Shown in pieces: positions 1-8,851 of a stretch of DNA of 64,000 nt. Origin of the DNA: Thermotogota bacterium (GTDB lineage Bacteria > Thermotogota > Thermotogae > Thermotogales > Fervidobacteriaceae). The stretch's first letter is position 1. Each line of letters starts with the position of its first letter. The notes beneath the pieces are model-generated. The model had not been told where the DNA came from, did not search any database, and was given only the letters and a program-made list of their open reading frames with translations. The stretch spans positions 11,348 to 75,347 of the forward strand of contig JAUQPP010000001.1 of assembly GCA_030550315.1 (NCBI GenBank), written 5' to 3'. The position numbers and the translations under genes are program-made.

Positions 1-175
1 TAGAACTACCAGCACCTTCCAACGTCACTTTAACTTGTGGGTACATCTTCTTGAATTCTTCAACCCACAACTGCGCAAAATCTAGCATGGTGTTTGAACC
101 TTTGATAACTAAGGTGTTTGCGAAAACCGTGAAAACTCCAAACAACAATGAGACCACTAAGAAAAGTTTTCTCAT
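1..175 (-). CDS. pstS: Phosphate ABC transporter substrate-binding protein (PstS-like), N-terminal fragment running off the window
   Basis: Not in ORF track because there is no stop in the window. Minus-strand ATG at 175 translates to MRKLFLVVSLLFGVFTVFANTLVIKGSNTMLDFAQLWVEEFKKMYPQVKVTLEGAGSS. This is a signal peptide followed by the IKGS.T ... GAGSS pattern typical of PstS-type binding proteins. Confidence 0.55.
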   Translation of the reverse strand, partial: MRKLFLVVSLLFGVFTVFANTLVIKGSNTMLDFAQLWVEEFKKMYPQVKVTLEGAGSS

Positions 176-315
176 ACTTACAGCACCTCCCGGAAGTTTG
201 TGACTCTTCTAAAGCACTAAATATTCACCCCGCACTTAAAGTTTCTCACCACGAGGTAATGATTTCATGTCCTTTTGTTAAATTTTATTAAGCTGGAAAC
301 TTTTCCATGCGTTTG

Positions 316-344
316 TTCACAACGACGAATAGGTGTTATATAAT
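316..344 (+). promoter_or_regulatory. Candidate sigma70-type promoter of the pullulanase gene
   Basis: TTCACA (316-321), 17-nt spacer, TATAAT (339-344), about 40 nt upstream of the ATG at 382. Confidence 0.4.
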
Positions 345-381
345 CAAAGTCGGTGTTATCGAAAAGAGAGGAGGTGTTACT

Positions 382-2916
382 ATGCGGAAATCTGTGGGTT
401 TAACTGTTTTTTCCTTCATGGTAATCTTTATTGCGGTTTTGACTTTTGCCGAGACCGAACTTATCATCCACTATCACAGGTGGGACGGGAACTATGATGG
501 TTGGAACCTGTGGATCTGGTGGGTTGAACCTATTTCCAAAGAAGGCTCAGCCTATCAATTCACTGAGCGTGATGAGTACGGTGTGGTTGCGCGTGTTAAG
601 TTCCCAGTTACGCTTACTAAAGTCGGTATCATTGTCAGGCTTGGCGAATGGCGTGAGAAGGATGTTGCCATGGACAGGTTCATAACTATCAAAGATGGGA
701 AAGCGGAGGTGTGGCTGTTGCAAGGAATTGAACAAATATTCACCTCAAAACCCGACACCAGTCCAAGGGTGCTCTTTGCTCAGGCAAGGTCGCAGGATAC
801 GATAGAAGCTTTCCTGACAGGACAAGTTGACACTACGAAAGCGAAAGCACGAGTTACTGTTGACGGTGTGGAAAGAAAAGTTGCTAGATTGGAGAAGGCT
901 AATCCTACAGACACGTCCAGGACCAACCATGTGAGGGTTATCTTGGCCGAGCCGCTGAAACTCGAAGAGGTTAACAAGGACGTCTTTGTAGAAGTAGAGG
1001 GATACAAGCCGGCTAGGGTCGTTATGATGGAAATCCTCGATAAAATTTACTACGATGGACCTCTTGGATTTGACTATACCCCTCAGCGTACGGTAATAAG
1101 GGTATGGTCACCCGTATCTAAGACTGTTGATTTGCTTCTTTACAAAAAGTGGGATGACAAAGAACCTACTCACATTGTGCCGATGAGGTACATTGGTAAC
1201 GGAGCATGGGAAGCCGTTTTGGAAGGCGATTGGGAAGGTTGGTTCTACAGGTTGAGGTACTTCAGCTACGGTGAGTACCGAGAAGGTGTCGATTACTTCT
1301 CGAAGGCCGTGACCAAGAATTCCGCAAAAAGCGCCATAATCGATTTCAGTAAAACTAACCCCGTTGGTTGGGAAAAGGTCAGAGTTAGACCTCTTGAGTC
1401 TTACGTGGATGCAATCATTTACGAAATCCACATAGCGGATATCACGGGACTTCCGAATTCTGGTACGAAGAACAGAGGACTGTACCTCGGATTGACGGAA
1501 AAAGGCACGCGTGGACCAAGCGGTGTAACTACAGGTTTGGATCATCTCGTTGAACTCGGCGTAACGCACGTTCATATACTTCCAACAACGGATTTCTGGA
1601 CCGGCGACGAAGGTGATAAAGATTTCGAAAAGAGCTACAATTGGGGTTATGACCCGTACTTGTTCACAGTGCCGGAAGGAAGGTATGCCACAGATCCAGT
1701 GGATCCTTACGTTAGAATTAGGGAATACAAAGAGATGGTAAAAGCCCTTTATGAAAACGGTATTGGTGTAATCATGGATATGGTTTTCCCACACACTTGG
1801 GGCGTTGGTGTAATGTCACCGTTCGATACTGCGGTACCTTATTACTTTTACAGAATTGACAAAACCGGTGCCTATTTGAACGAGAGTGGTTGTGGTAACG
1901 TGATGGCTACCGAACGCCCTATGCTCCGAAAATACATTATCGATACGCTCAAATGGTGGGTAACTGAATACAAGATTAGCGGATTCAGGTTTGACCAGAT
2001 GGGATTGATGGATTACAACACGATGATCCAAATTGAAAAAGAACTGCACTCAATCGATCGTTCCATTATCCTGTACGGTGAACCGTGGGGTGGATGGGGA
2101 GCACCCATTAGGTTTGGAAAACCACAAGTCGGTGGTACGAGAATTGCGGCGTTCAACGACGAGTTCAGGGATGCAATCAGAGGCTCTGTCTTCAATGCCA
2201 CAGTAAGAGGCTTTGTGATGGGCGCGCTTGCGATGGAAACGAGAATTAAGAGGGGTGTTGCGGGAAGCGTTGAGTATGATGAGATAATCACAAGCTTTGC
2301 CAAGAGCCCGGAAGAGACGATAAATTACGCCGAATGCCATGACAATCACACACTCTGGGACAAAAATTACCTCGCAGCTCAAGCTGATCCAACGACCAAG
2401 TGGACCGAGGAGATGCTCAAAGACGCGCAAAAATTAGCAGGAGTTATCCTGTTGACTGCCCAGGGTGTTCCTTTCTTGCACGGCGGACAAGATTTTTGCA
2501 GAACGAAGAATTTCGATGAAAATTCTTACAGTTCCCCGATCTCGATAAACGGATACGATTATGGAAGAAAGGCACAGTTCATTGATGTGTTTGAGTACTA
2601 CAAAGGTCTAGTACAGATGAGGAAAAACCATCCGGCGTTCAGGTTAAGGACGGCTGATGAAATCCGAAGGAAATTATCATTCCTACCGTCACCAAGAAAG
2701 ACGGTGGTCTTTGTGATTAAGGATGAAAATGATCCGTGGAAGGAAATTCTTGTGTTCTTGAACGGTGATACAAAGGCGGTTGACTATAACTTGCCGGAAG
2801 GTATTTGGAACGTTGTTGTTGACAAAGACAAGGTCAGCCCCACGCCTATGTATCAGTTGAGTGGAAAGATTACAATAAAACCAACATCCGCGCTTGTCAT
2901 GTACCGTGCAAAGTAA
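382..2916 (+). CDS. pulA: Type I pullulanase (GH13 debranching enzyme), secreted
   Basis: ORF 307..2916. The likely start is the ATG at 382, preceded by GGAGGTG, giving [22 protein letters not shown] (signal peptide). GH13 catalytic regions are present: [34 protein letters not shown]. Confidence 0.9.
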   Translation: MRKSVGLTVFSFMVIFIAVLTFAETELIIHYHRWDGNYDGWNLWIWWVEPISKEGSAYQFTERDEYGVVARVKFPVTLTKVGIIVRLGEWREKDVAMDRFITIKDGKAEVWLLQGIEQIFTSKPDTSPRVLFAQARSQDTIEAFLTGQVDTTKAKARVTVDGVERKVARLEKANPTDTSRTNHVRVILAEPLKLEEVNKDVFVEVEGYKPARVVMMEILDKIYYDGPLGFDYTPQRTVIRVWSPVSKTVDLLLYKKWDDKEPTHIVPMRYIGNGAWEAVLEGDWEGWFYRLRYFSYGEYREGVDYFSKAVTKNSAKSAIIDFSKTNPVGWEKVRVRPLESYVDAIIYEIHIADITGLPNSGTKNRGLYLGLTEKGTRGPSGVTTGLDHLVELGVTHVHILPTTDFWTGDEGDKDFEKSYNWGYDPYLFTVPEGRYATDPVDPYVRIREYKEMVKALYENGIGVIMDMVFPHTWGVGVMSPFDTAVPYYFYRIDKTGAYLNESGCGNVMATERPMLRKYIIDTLKWWVTEYKISGFRFDQMGLMDYNTMIQIEKELHSIDRSIILYGEPWGGWGAPIRFGKPQVGGTRIAAFNDEFRDAIRGSVFNATVRGFVMGALAMETRIKRGVAGSVEYDEIITSFAKSPEETINYAECHDNHTLWDKNYLAAQADPTTKWTEEMLKDAQKLAGVILLTAQGVPFLHGGQDFCRTKNFDENSYSSPISINGYDYGRKAQFIDVFEYYKGLVQMRKNHPAFRLRTADEIRRKLSFLPSPRKTVVFVIKDENDPWKEILVFLNGDTKAVDYNLPEGIWNVVVDKDKVSPTPMYQLSGKITIKPTSALVMYRAK

Positions 2917-2943
2917 ATCTGAAAGTAGCGAAAATTGGTGTGA

Positions 2944-2974
2944 AAAAACCGGCGGGAAAACCCGCCGGTTTTTC
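2944..2974. terminator. Bidirectional rho-independent terminator between convergent pulA and nrdD
   Basis: AAAAAACCGGCGGG-AAAA-CCCGCCGGTTTTTC: a GC stem flanked by an A-tract and a T-tract. Confidence 0.7.
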
Positions 2975-3010
2975 TTTGTTTTTTAACGACTTTTCATATC
3001 TTCAATTTCC

Positions 3011-4945
3011 CTAAAGCGCAGAAGGGTTGTAGAAGACACGTTTGGGATACTCGAATTTCTGCCTCACGTTGTTGAACGAACGTACCGGTACAAGGTAGCC
3101 GACAATTCTCATAAATTCGTCGACCTTTGGCTTACCACACACAGTACACCTCTCGCCATAAAACGCGTGACCATCGTCGCAGACACTTATGCGGTGATTG
3201 AATGCAAAGTATATAACGCCCATTTGAGCTACTAAATTAACCATCTTCCAGGATTCTTCTTCGTTTCTGAACGGTGCTTCAAGGTTTATGTGAAGTATCG
3301 CTCCACCGGAGACTTTCTTGTCGAACATTCCTGAATAACGTATTCTGTTGAGAACATCGGTGTTCGTTGTGAGCGGTAACCACTGGTTCGAGTAAAGGTT
3401 GTAGTCAGTTCCATACAGGATCCTATCTTTCTCTGCAAGAGTAACAGCTGCTTTTTCTGCCGGTACTTGCTCGATGTTAAAGGTAAATCCAAAGGTTTCA
3501 AAGGCCTTATCGTTAAGCTCTCTAATCTTGTCAAGTATTTGGTGGGCAAAAGTTTCTCCTTCTTCTGTATATTTTAAACCGTCGATGTCTTCCGTGGTCA
3601 GTCCAAGTATCTCAAGGGCTTCGAAAAGTCCGTTAATTCCCACCGTCCCGTACTGGCGATTGAGATCCATCAAACCAAGGGTATAGAGGGGAAGTACACC
3701 TTGTTGGATTCGTTCCTGTATTATATTTCGAATAGCTGCAAGAACTTTCTGAATAAGAGTTACCTTTTCTTCAAGCCTTTTCAGAAATGCCTCTTTGTTC
3801 CTTGTCTCGAGTGCTATTCGGGGCAGGTTGACCGTAACAACTTTGAATGAACCGATATTCAGATCCGAACCGCCTATTGAGTTTGACATTCCGGACAGTT
3901 TTTCTGGTCCAAGCTTGAATTTTAGTTCTCTGGTCGAACTTGTCAACCTACAACAGGAGGCAACGGCGTCAATACTTTCTGAGATGTACCAATTTGTGTC
4001 TTGCCATTTCATGTTAACTTTGTTAATAAACCGCGCACTATCTTCATCAACGAATTTTCCGTTTTTGTAAAGCAGTGATGCAGTCAAAACAGGGAAGGTG
4101 AACATTTGCTTTTCTCGTTCCTTTGATATCCACTCCCAGTACTCCTTCTGAAGAGCGATAATATCCTCTACGTAATCTGTTATATTCGTACCGTCAGGGT
4201 ATTTCTCCCCGTCGAATATGGTCTTAATGTAGTTCCTGTCAAGGTACGTGAAGTTCGTGTACGGTGATTGTGTCCCCCTTATCGGTTGGTTAATTGAGTA
4301 AGTGAAGATCTGGAAGTGTTGGTACAAGTAGGCTTTTTCCATTCCTTTGGGAATTAACCCTTCCCTTAGGTCCTTTTTGTAAAAGTATGTAAGCCACACG
4401 AAGAAATCCGGTAATCCCACAGCACCGGATTGCTGGTTGGAGGCGAACATAACGAATTGAATAACATGCTGGATAAACGAGGATAAATGCTTGGCAGGAG
4501 TTGATTTTATTGTGTCTATGAAAAAGAGTCCCTTCTCGACGATAGGTCTCAAAGAATACGCATAGCAATACGGTGCAAACGCGGCATGATGCGCATCGTG
4601 GAGGTAGATGTCTCCATAAATCTGATAGTTCAAAAATTTTCGAGCATCATCCTGACCAAAGAGCTCTTTCATCTTTTCGTAAATGTGGTACAGTGAGTAT
4701 AACTTTGTCCACGGTTTTGAAACCTCGTTGAAATACGTGTACACGTTCGTGCTCCTGACATTGGCATTCGCATCTATTGTTGAGTTCAGAATACCACTAC
4801 TGAAAAATTTTTCCGTGAACATCACAGGATCCATTTGCCAGGAAAGCCCTTCAATTTCGAGAAAAACGTCGGGAATTTTCACCAATTCTTCCACAAAATC
4901 AGAGGAAAAGGAAAATGAATTCAGTATGTTACATAGCTTGTGCAC
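3011..4945 (-). CDS. nrdD: Anaerobic ribonucleoside-triphosphate reductase (class III RNR)
   Basis: 644 aa. The C-terminus has Cys pairs (C..DGH...C.VCG) followed by the glycyl-radical motif RIVGYLVPV. GTG start at 4945 lies 7 nt after GGAGGG. Confidence 0.92.
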   Translation of the reverse strand: MHKLCNILNSFSFSSDFVEELVKIPDVFLEIEGLSWQMDPVMFTEKFFSSGILNSTIDANANVRSTNVYTYFNEVSKPWTKLYSLYHIYEKMKELFGQDDARKFLNYQIYGDIYLHDAHHAAFAPYCYAYSLRPIVEKGLFFIDTIKSTPAKHLSSFIQHVIQFVMFASNQQSGAVGLPDFFVWLTYFYKKDLREGLIPKGMEKAYLYQHFQIFTYSINQPIRGTQSPYTNFTYLDRNYIKTIFDGEKYPDGTNITDYVEDIIALQKEYWEWISKEREKQMFTFPVLTASLLYKNGKFVDEDSARFINKVNMKWQDTNWYISESIDAVASCCRLTSSTRELKFKLGPEKLSGMSNSIGGSDLNIGSFKVVTVNLPRIALETRNKEAFLKRLEEKVTLIQKVLAAIRNIIQERIQQGVLPLYTLGLMDLNRQYGTVGINGLFEALEILGLTTEDIDGLKYTEEGETFAHQILDKIRELNDKAFETFGFTFNIEQVPAEKAAVTLAEKDRILYGTDYNLYSNQWLPLTTNTDVLNRIRYSGMFDKKVSGGAILHINLEAPFRNEEESWKMVNLVAQMGVIYFAFNHRISVCDDGHAFYGERCTVCGKPKVDEFMRIVGYLVPVRSFNNVRQKFEYPKRVFYNPSAL

Positions 4946-4988
4946 GTGCTATCCCTCCTTTTTCAATTACATCGGTTGTACTTATCAC

Positions 4989-5525
4989 TCAAAAAGTAGG
5001 TGTTTTGCTCAACTCGTTCGTTTTTAAGTAGACCTGATTGGACGAAGCAGGAAATCCTCCGGTGTGTAAGTTTTTCTCGTACCTTCCAAGTACCATTTCG
5101 TCAAAGTAGCTAATATCAATACCTTCATTTGCCAAGTCATCCAGGCTTCGCCACGAGTACACCAAAACCGTCACAGCATCACCAAAGGTTTGCTTAACAT
5201 CTTTTGCGAGAGAAATCGCCCAAAAACGATTGTGTTCGCTCAGAGGTTCACCACCGAGGAGAACCAACGCTACTTTTTCGTTCACCTTCAATAATAGCGA
5301 GAGTTTTTCCATGACCCTGGTTTGCAGTAAAATATAATCTACTGCGAAAGTTTCGTCAAAGTCCCACGTCTCCGGATTATGACACCCGAAGCACTTTGGA
5401 TAAGCATCACAGCCTTGGAAATAAACACTTAGAGCCGGTAGGAAAGGATGGTCTCCGTGGGAGAACCTAACAACTCTAACAAGAGGTTTTTTTAGGTCTC
5501 GATAAGACGAGTTTAAGTTGTTCAT
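4989..5525 (-). CDS. nrdG: Anaerobic RNR activating protein (radical SAM)
   Basis: 178 aa with a Cys cluster FQGCDAYPKCFGCHNPETW. It sits directly upstream of nrdD. RBS GGGGGGAAG precedes the ATG. Confidence 0.85.
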   Translation of the reverse strand: MNNLNSSYRDLKKPLVRVVRFSHGDHPFLPALSVYFQGCDAYPKCFGCHNPETWDFDETFAVDYILLQTRVMEKLSLLLKVNEKVALVLLGGEPLSEHNRFWAISLAKDVKQTFGDAVTVLVYSWRSLDDLANEGIDISYFDEMVLGRYEKNLHTGGFPASSNQVYLKTNELSKTPTF

Positions 5526-5608
5526 AGTGTCTTCCCCCCAACAAAAGCCAATGTAAAATGTTCGCCCCTAGAACTAATTACTCAATTTGTTGGATTGCCT
5601 TAATAATA

Positions 5609-5650
5609 TATACTACATATAGTATACCAAACGAGCTATGGGTGAGTCAA
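5609..5650 (-). promoter_or_regulatory. Candidate nrdGD promoter overlapped by an NrdR-box-like palindrome
   Basis: On the minus strand: TTGACT (5650-5645), 18-nt spacer, TATACT (5626-5621). The palindrome TATACTA-N4-TAGTATA (5609-5626) overlaps the -10 element. Its core ATACTAcATATAGTAT resembles the NrdR box consensus acaCwAtATaTwGtgt. Confidence 0.45.
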
Positions 5651-5760
5651 GTACGTTTAGCTTTCTTAAAAAAACTAAAACTCAAGCTAAAAGTTGAAGT
5701 TTACAATTAGTGTGCAATACGATTTTAAAACCACACTTTTCATGGGGGAGGTTTCGGTGT

Positions 5761-7056
5761 ATGAAACGCGTTGTAGTTCTTGCCATGCTTGTACTGAGTT
5801 TATTGGCATTTTCGGTCAACCTGATATTTCTCGTTGGTGATGGTATGTCTGCTAACACCATACTCTTAGCCAGTATGCTTGAAGGACGCATACTTGAGAT
5901 CATGAAACTGCCATACACAGGTTTAACGATTACGTACTCGGCGGATTCGTGGGTTACTGACTCAGCACCCGCAGGAACAGCACTCTTTGCTGGATTAAAA
6001 ACGCTCAATCGTGCGATAAACGTTTTACCTAACGGTGAAAAAGTCGAAAGTTTATTTAAGATGGCTCAGAAGGCAGGTTACGCTACCGGTATTGTGGTTA
6101 CGTGTCGTGTTACGCATGCAACTCCAGCCGCAGTCTACGGTGCCGTTTCCGACAGGAACGACGAGGTAACGCTTGCAAAACAGCTCGCTGAAGCGGGAAT
6201 CAACGTTATCTTCGGTGGCGGTAGGGACATGTTCCTGCCAACTTCCAAGGGCGGAAGGAGAAACGACGGACTTGACTTGATTGAGAAAATGAGGAGCGAT
6301 GGATACACGGTAATTACGAAAAAAGATGAATTACCAAATGTTAAGGGGGATAAAGTTCTCGGTTTGTTTGCAATGGGGCATCTAAAACCCGTTAGCGAGA
6401 GAACGGAAGAGCCAACACTTGGTGAGATGACCAGAAAGGCGATAGAATTACTTGCTGCTTCCGGAAAACCGTTTGCGTTGATGGTGGAAGGTTCTCAGAT
6501 CGACTGGGAAAGCCATGCGAACGATTACTATGGAATTTGGAAGGAAACGGTTGAATTCGACGAAGCCGTGAGAGTAGCAATCGATTTTGCAAAACGTGAT
6601 GGCAACACTTTGGTCGTGGTTATTGGAGACCACGAAACCGGAGGGCTGTCGCTTTCCAACGGTGGGTACACGATAAACATTGAACAGGCGAGGAAAGGAA
6701 AAGGTACGGCAAGGATGTTCTTAAGGCAGTTCTCTATCAACGACAAAGCAAAATTTGCCGAAGGTTTAAAAGAATGGTACGGAATCAGTATCACCGACGC
6801 CGAGTACAACTACTTGAGGAACGTTCCTTCAAATCAGCTTGAAAGGGAACTTGCAAGGTACATCAGCGGTAAAATGGGATTTGGATTCACAACTTACGAT
6901 CATACCGCTGGTGTTATTCCTGTTTATGCATTCGGACCTGGTGCAGAGCTATTTGTTGGGTGGATGGATAACACGGAAGTCGCTTTTAAAATAATGAACA
7001 TTATGAAGCTCAAAACAATCTCTTTCCCGAAGGTTTCCGCAGCTGCAGGATATTAA
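5761..7056 (+). CDS. phoA: Alkaline phosphatase (PhoA family), secreted
   Basis: ORF 5710..7056. The likely ATG is at 5761 after GGGGGAGG, giving MKRVVVLAMLVLSLLAF (signal peptide). Active-site region VTDSAPAGTAL (DSA Ser motif) and metal ligands GDHETGG are present. Confidence 0.85.
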   Translation: MKRVVVLAMLVLSLLAFSVNLIFLVGDGMSANTILLASMLEGRILEIMKLPYTGLTITYSADSWVTDSAPAGTALFAGLKTLNRAINVLPNGEKVESLFKMAQKAGYATGIVVTCRVTHATPAAVYGAVSDRNDEVTLAKQLAEAGINVIFGGGRDMFLPTSKGGRRNDGLDLIEKMRSDGYTVITKKDELPNVKGDKVLGLFAMGHLKPVSERTEEPTLGEMTRKAIELLAASGKPFALMVEGSQIDWESHANDYYGIWKETVEFDEAVRVAIDFAKRDGNTLVVVIGDHETGGLSLSNGGYTINIEQARKGKGTARMFLRQFSINDKAKFAEGLKEWYGISITDAEYNYLRNVPSNQLERELARYISGKMGFGFTTYDHTAGVIPVYAFGPGAELFVGWMDNTEVAFKIMNIMKLKTISFPKVSAAAGY

Positions 7057-7118
7057 TCTCAAACGAGTTTACAGCGTTTACAAGTGCGTTGGGTGTTTTT
7101 ATATATTTTCAAAAATTT

Positions 7119-7146
7119 CTCCCGGGTTTCTTCCCGGGACTTTTTC
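7119..7146. terminator. Bidirectional terminator between convergent phoA and fmt
   Basis: TCCCGGG-TTTCTT-CCCGGGA followed by CTTTTTC, with an A/T-rich stretch on the other side. Confidence 0.6.
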
Positions 7147-7169
7147 TTTCTCTTTCATTTTTTGGATTT

Positions 7170-8087
7170 TTACTCGAAGACACTCCCCAACTTTACCAAA
7201 CCACCATTTTTCGCGTCGTAAAAATGGATTGGGCGTTTACCTGGAAACTGTATTAATCTGACCCTCACCGCTCCACTACCTGTAGTTATCAAAGCACCGT
7301 CACGGTTTACATCAAGAACTTCTCCGATTCCGTTAGCGGTGAGTTCCACGTTCGTAATCTCGCATGCACCGAAAAGTTTCACTTCTAAACCCTCGAATCT
7401 TGCTTTAGCACCTGGAAAGGGGTCATATGCTCGTATCTTGTTTCTCACGTGTTCGGCAGGTTTTGAGAAATCAATCCACAGATCTTCCTTCTCTATTTTT
7501 GGTGCGTAACTTGCTTGGGAATGATCTTGGGGTGTGAGTTTAACTGGATATCTGAGAAGGAAATCTTTCAATAGACATTTGCCGATATCAAGCATTTTTT
7601 GGTAAACGTCGCCGAATGTTTCACATTCACTTACTTCGAAAGCTCTTTGGAGAGCGATGTCTCCATCGTCCATGCCTTCCGAAATCTTGAAAATCGTTAT
7701 GCCTGTTATTCTCTCTCCGTTTTCAATAGCGCGCTGAATAGGTGCAGGTCCGCGGTATTTGGGCAACAATGAAGCGTGTACGTTGTAAAATTCTATGGCA
7801 TCCAAGAACGGTTTCTTGAGCAACCTTCCAAATGCCACCACAATACCAATGTCCGGTTTAGAGTCCTCTATTATCTTCAGCCCTTCCTGTATGAGGTTCG
7901 TAGGTTGGAACACCGGTATCCCGTATTTCAGTGCCACTTCTTTAACCGGGGTTGGCTGAAGCTTCAGCCCGCGACCTTTTGGCTTATCCTTTTGACTAAT
8001 AACCGCAACGATGTTAAAATTTTCTTGCACAAGGAATTCCAAAAACTCGGCGGCAAATTCCGGTGTACCCATGAATAGTATTCGCAC
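7170..8087 (-). CDS. fmt: Methionyl-tRNA formyltransferase
   Basis: ORF 7170..8219. The likely GTG start is at 8087, 6 nt after GGAGGTG, giving (M)RILFMGTPEFA, the typical Fmt N-terminus. The HASLLPKYRGPAPIQ motif is present. Confidence 0.9.
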   Translation of the reverse strand: MRILFMGTPEFAAEFLEFLVQENFNIVAVISQKDKPKGRGLKLQPTPVKEVALKYGIPVFQPTNLIQEGLKIIEDSKPDIGIVVAFGRLLKKPFLDAIEFYNVHASLLPKYRGPAPIQRAIENGERITGITIFKISEGMDDGDIALQRAFEVSECETFGDVYQKMLDIGKCLLKDFLLRYPVKLTPQDHSQASYAPKIEKEDLWIDFSKPAEHVRNKIRAYDPFPGAKARFEGLEVKLFGACEITNVELTANGIGEVLDVNRDGALITTGSGAVRVRLIQFPGKRPIHFYDAKNGGLVKLGSVFE

Positions 8088-8190
8088 GGTTTTCACCTCC
8101 CCAGCAATTATATCATCCAAAGATAATTTTGTGGTAGAATAATCAAGCACTGGGCAATTTTTACTTTCTTGATTTTGGAGGCAATTTGAT

Positions 8191-8844
8191 ATGAAGGTGT
8201 TTGCGATTGATACGTCCACCCCGAGAGTTGTTGCATGCTATATCGACGAAGAAGTAAAACTTCTTGCGGAAGTTGAAAGCGGGGAAAAGCACGGAACACA
8301 CATTCAAAGAATAGCAAAAATGTTTGAAGGTGTGGATTATGGAACACTTGATGTTGTTGGTATTGGTATCGGTCCTGGAGGGCTCACAGGTTTGCGAGTA
8401 GGAATCTCGTTTGCCACCGCACTTGGAATCGGAAAAAAATTCGTAGAAATAAATTCGCTTGAGCTGATAGGCTATAACGCTGCATTTTACGATGGATATG
8501 TTGTGGTTCTGAGAAAAGCGCGTCAGGGATACCTTTACGGCGCAGTTTACCTTGCAAGGGGCACAGGCGAACTTGAAGAAGTGAGGGGACCTTTTATCCA
8601 GAGTATTGAAGCCGTCGGTGAAATGGTAGCCGAGTTCAACCCAAAAGTTTTCTTGGGAGATGGGGGGGAGTTTTTCCGAAAGGAGCCCGTTCTTCCAGAC
8701 TGGAATCTCCCAAGAGCCGATAATTTGGCGATACTCGTAAAGAAAAAAATAGAGGCTGGGCAGTTTGTTAAACTTGTTGAGCCTCTCTATTTGCAGAAAA
8801 GTATTGCGGAACTGAATTTTGAGAGGAGAAAGGGGCGGAGTTAA
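8191..8844 (+). CDS. tsaB: tRNA t6A37 biosynthesis protein TsaB (YeaZ family)
   Basis: 217 aa. MKVFAIDTSTP... and GIGPGGLTGLRVG are typical of TsaB/YeaZ. Confidence 0.8.
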   Translation: MKVFAIDTSTPRVVACYIDEEVKLLAEVESGEKHGTHIQRIAKMFEGVDYGTLDVVGIGIGPGGLTGLRVGISFATALGIGKKFVEINSLELIGYNAAFYDGYVVVLRKARQGYLYGAVYLARGTGELEEVRGPFIQSIEAVGEMVAEFNPKVFLGDGGEFFRKEPVLPDWNLPRADNLAILVKKKIEAGQFVKLVEPLYLQKSIAELNFERRKGRS

Positions 8845-8851
8845 CAGACTC

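Noticed and set aside
307-381. N-terminal extensions suggested by the longest-ORF track: pulA 307, phoA 5710, fmt 8219, mutS 8819, pyk 33609, fusA 44219, rplC 47962, rplX 53280, rplQ 62711 and others.
   Set aside because: In each case an internal start has a well-spaced GGAGG-type RBS and yields the canonical family N-terminus or a proper signal peptide.
1108-1794. 228-aa minus-strand ORF inside the pullulanase gene. Similar ORFs lie at 2013..2430.
   Set aside because: It is antisense to a gene with clear GH13 catalytic motifs and has no independent signals.
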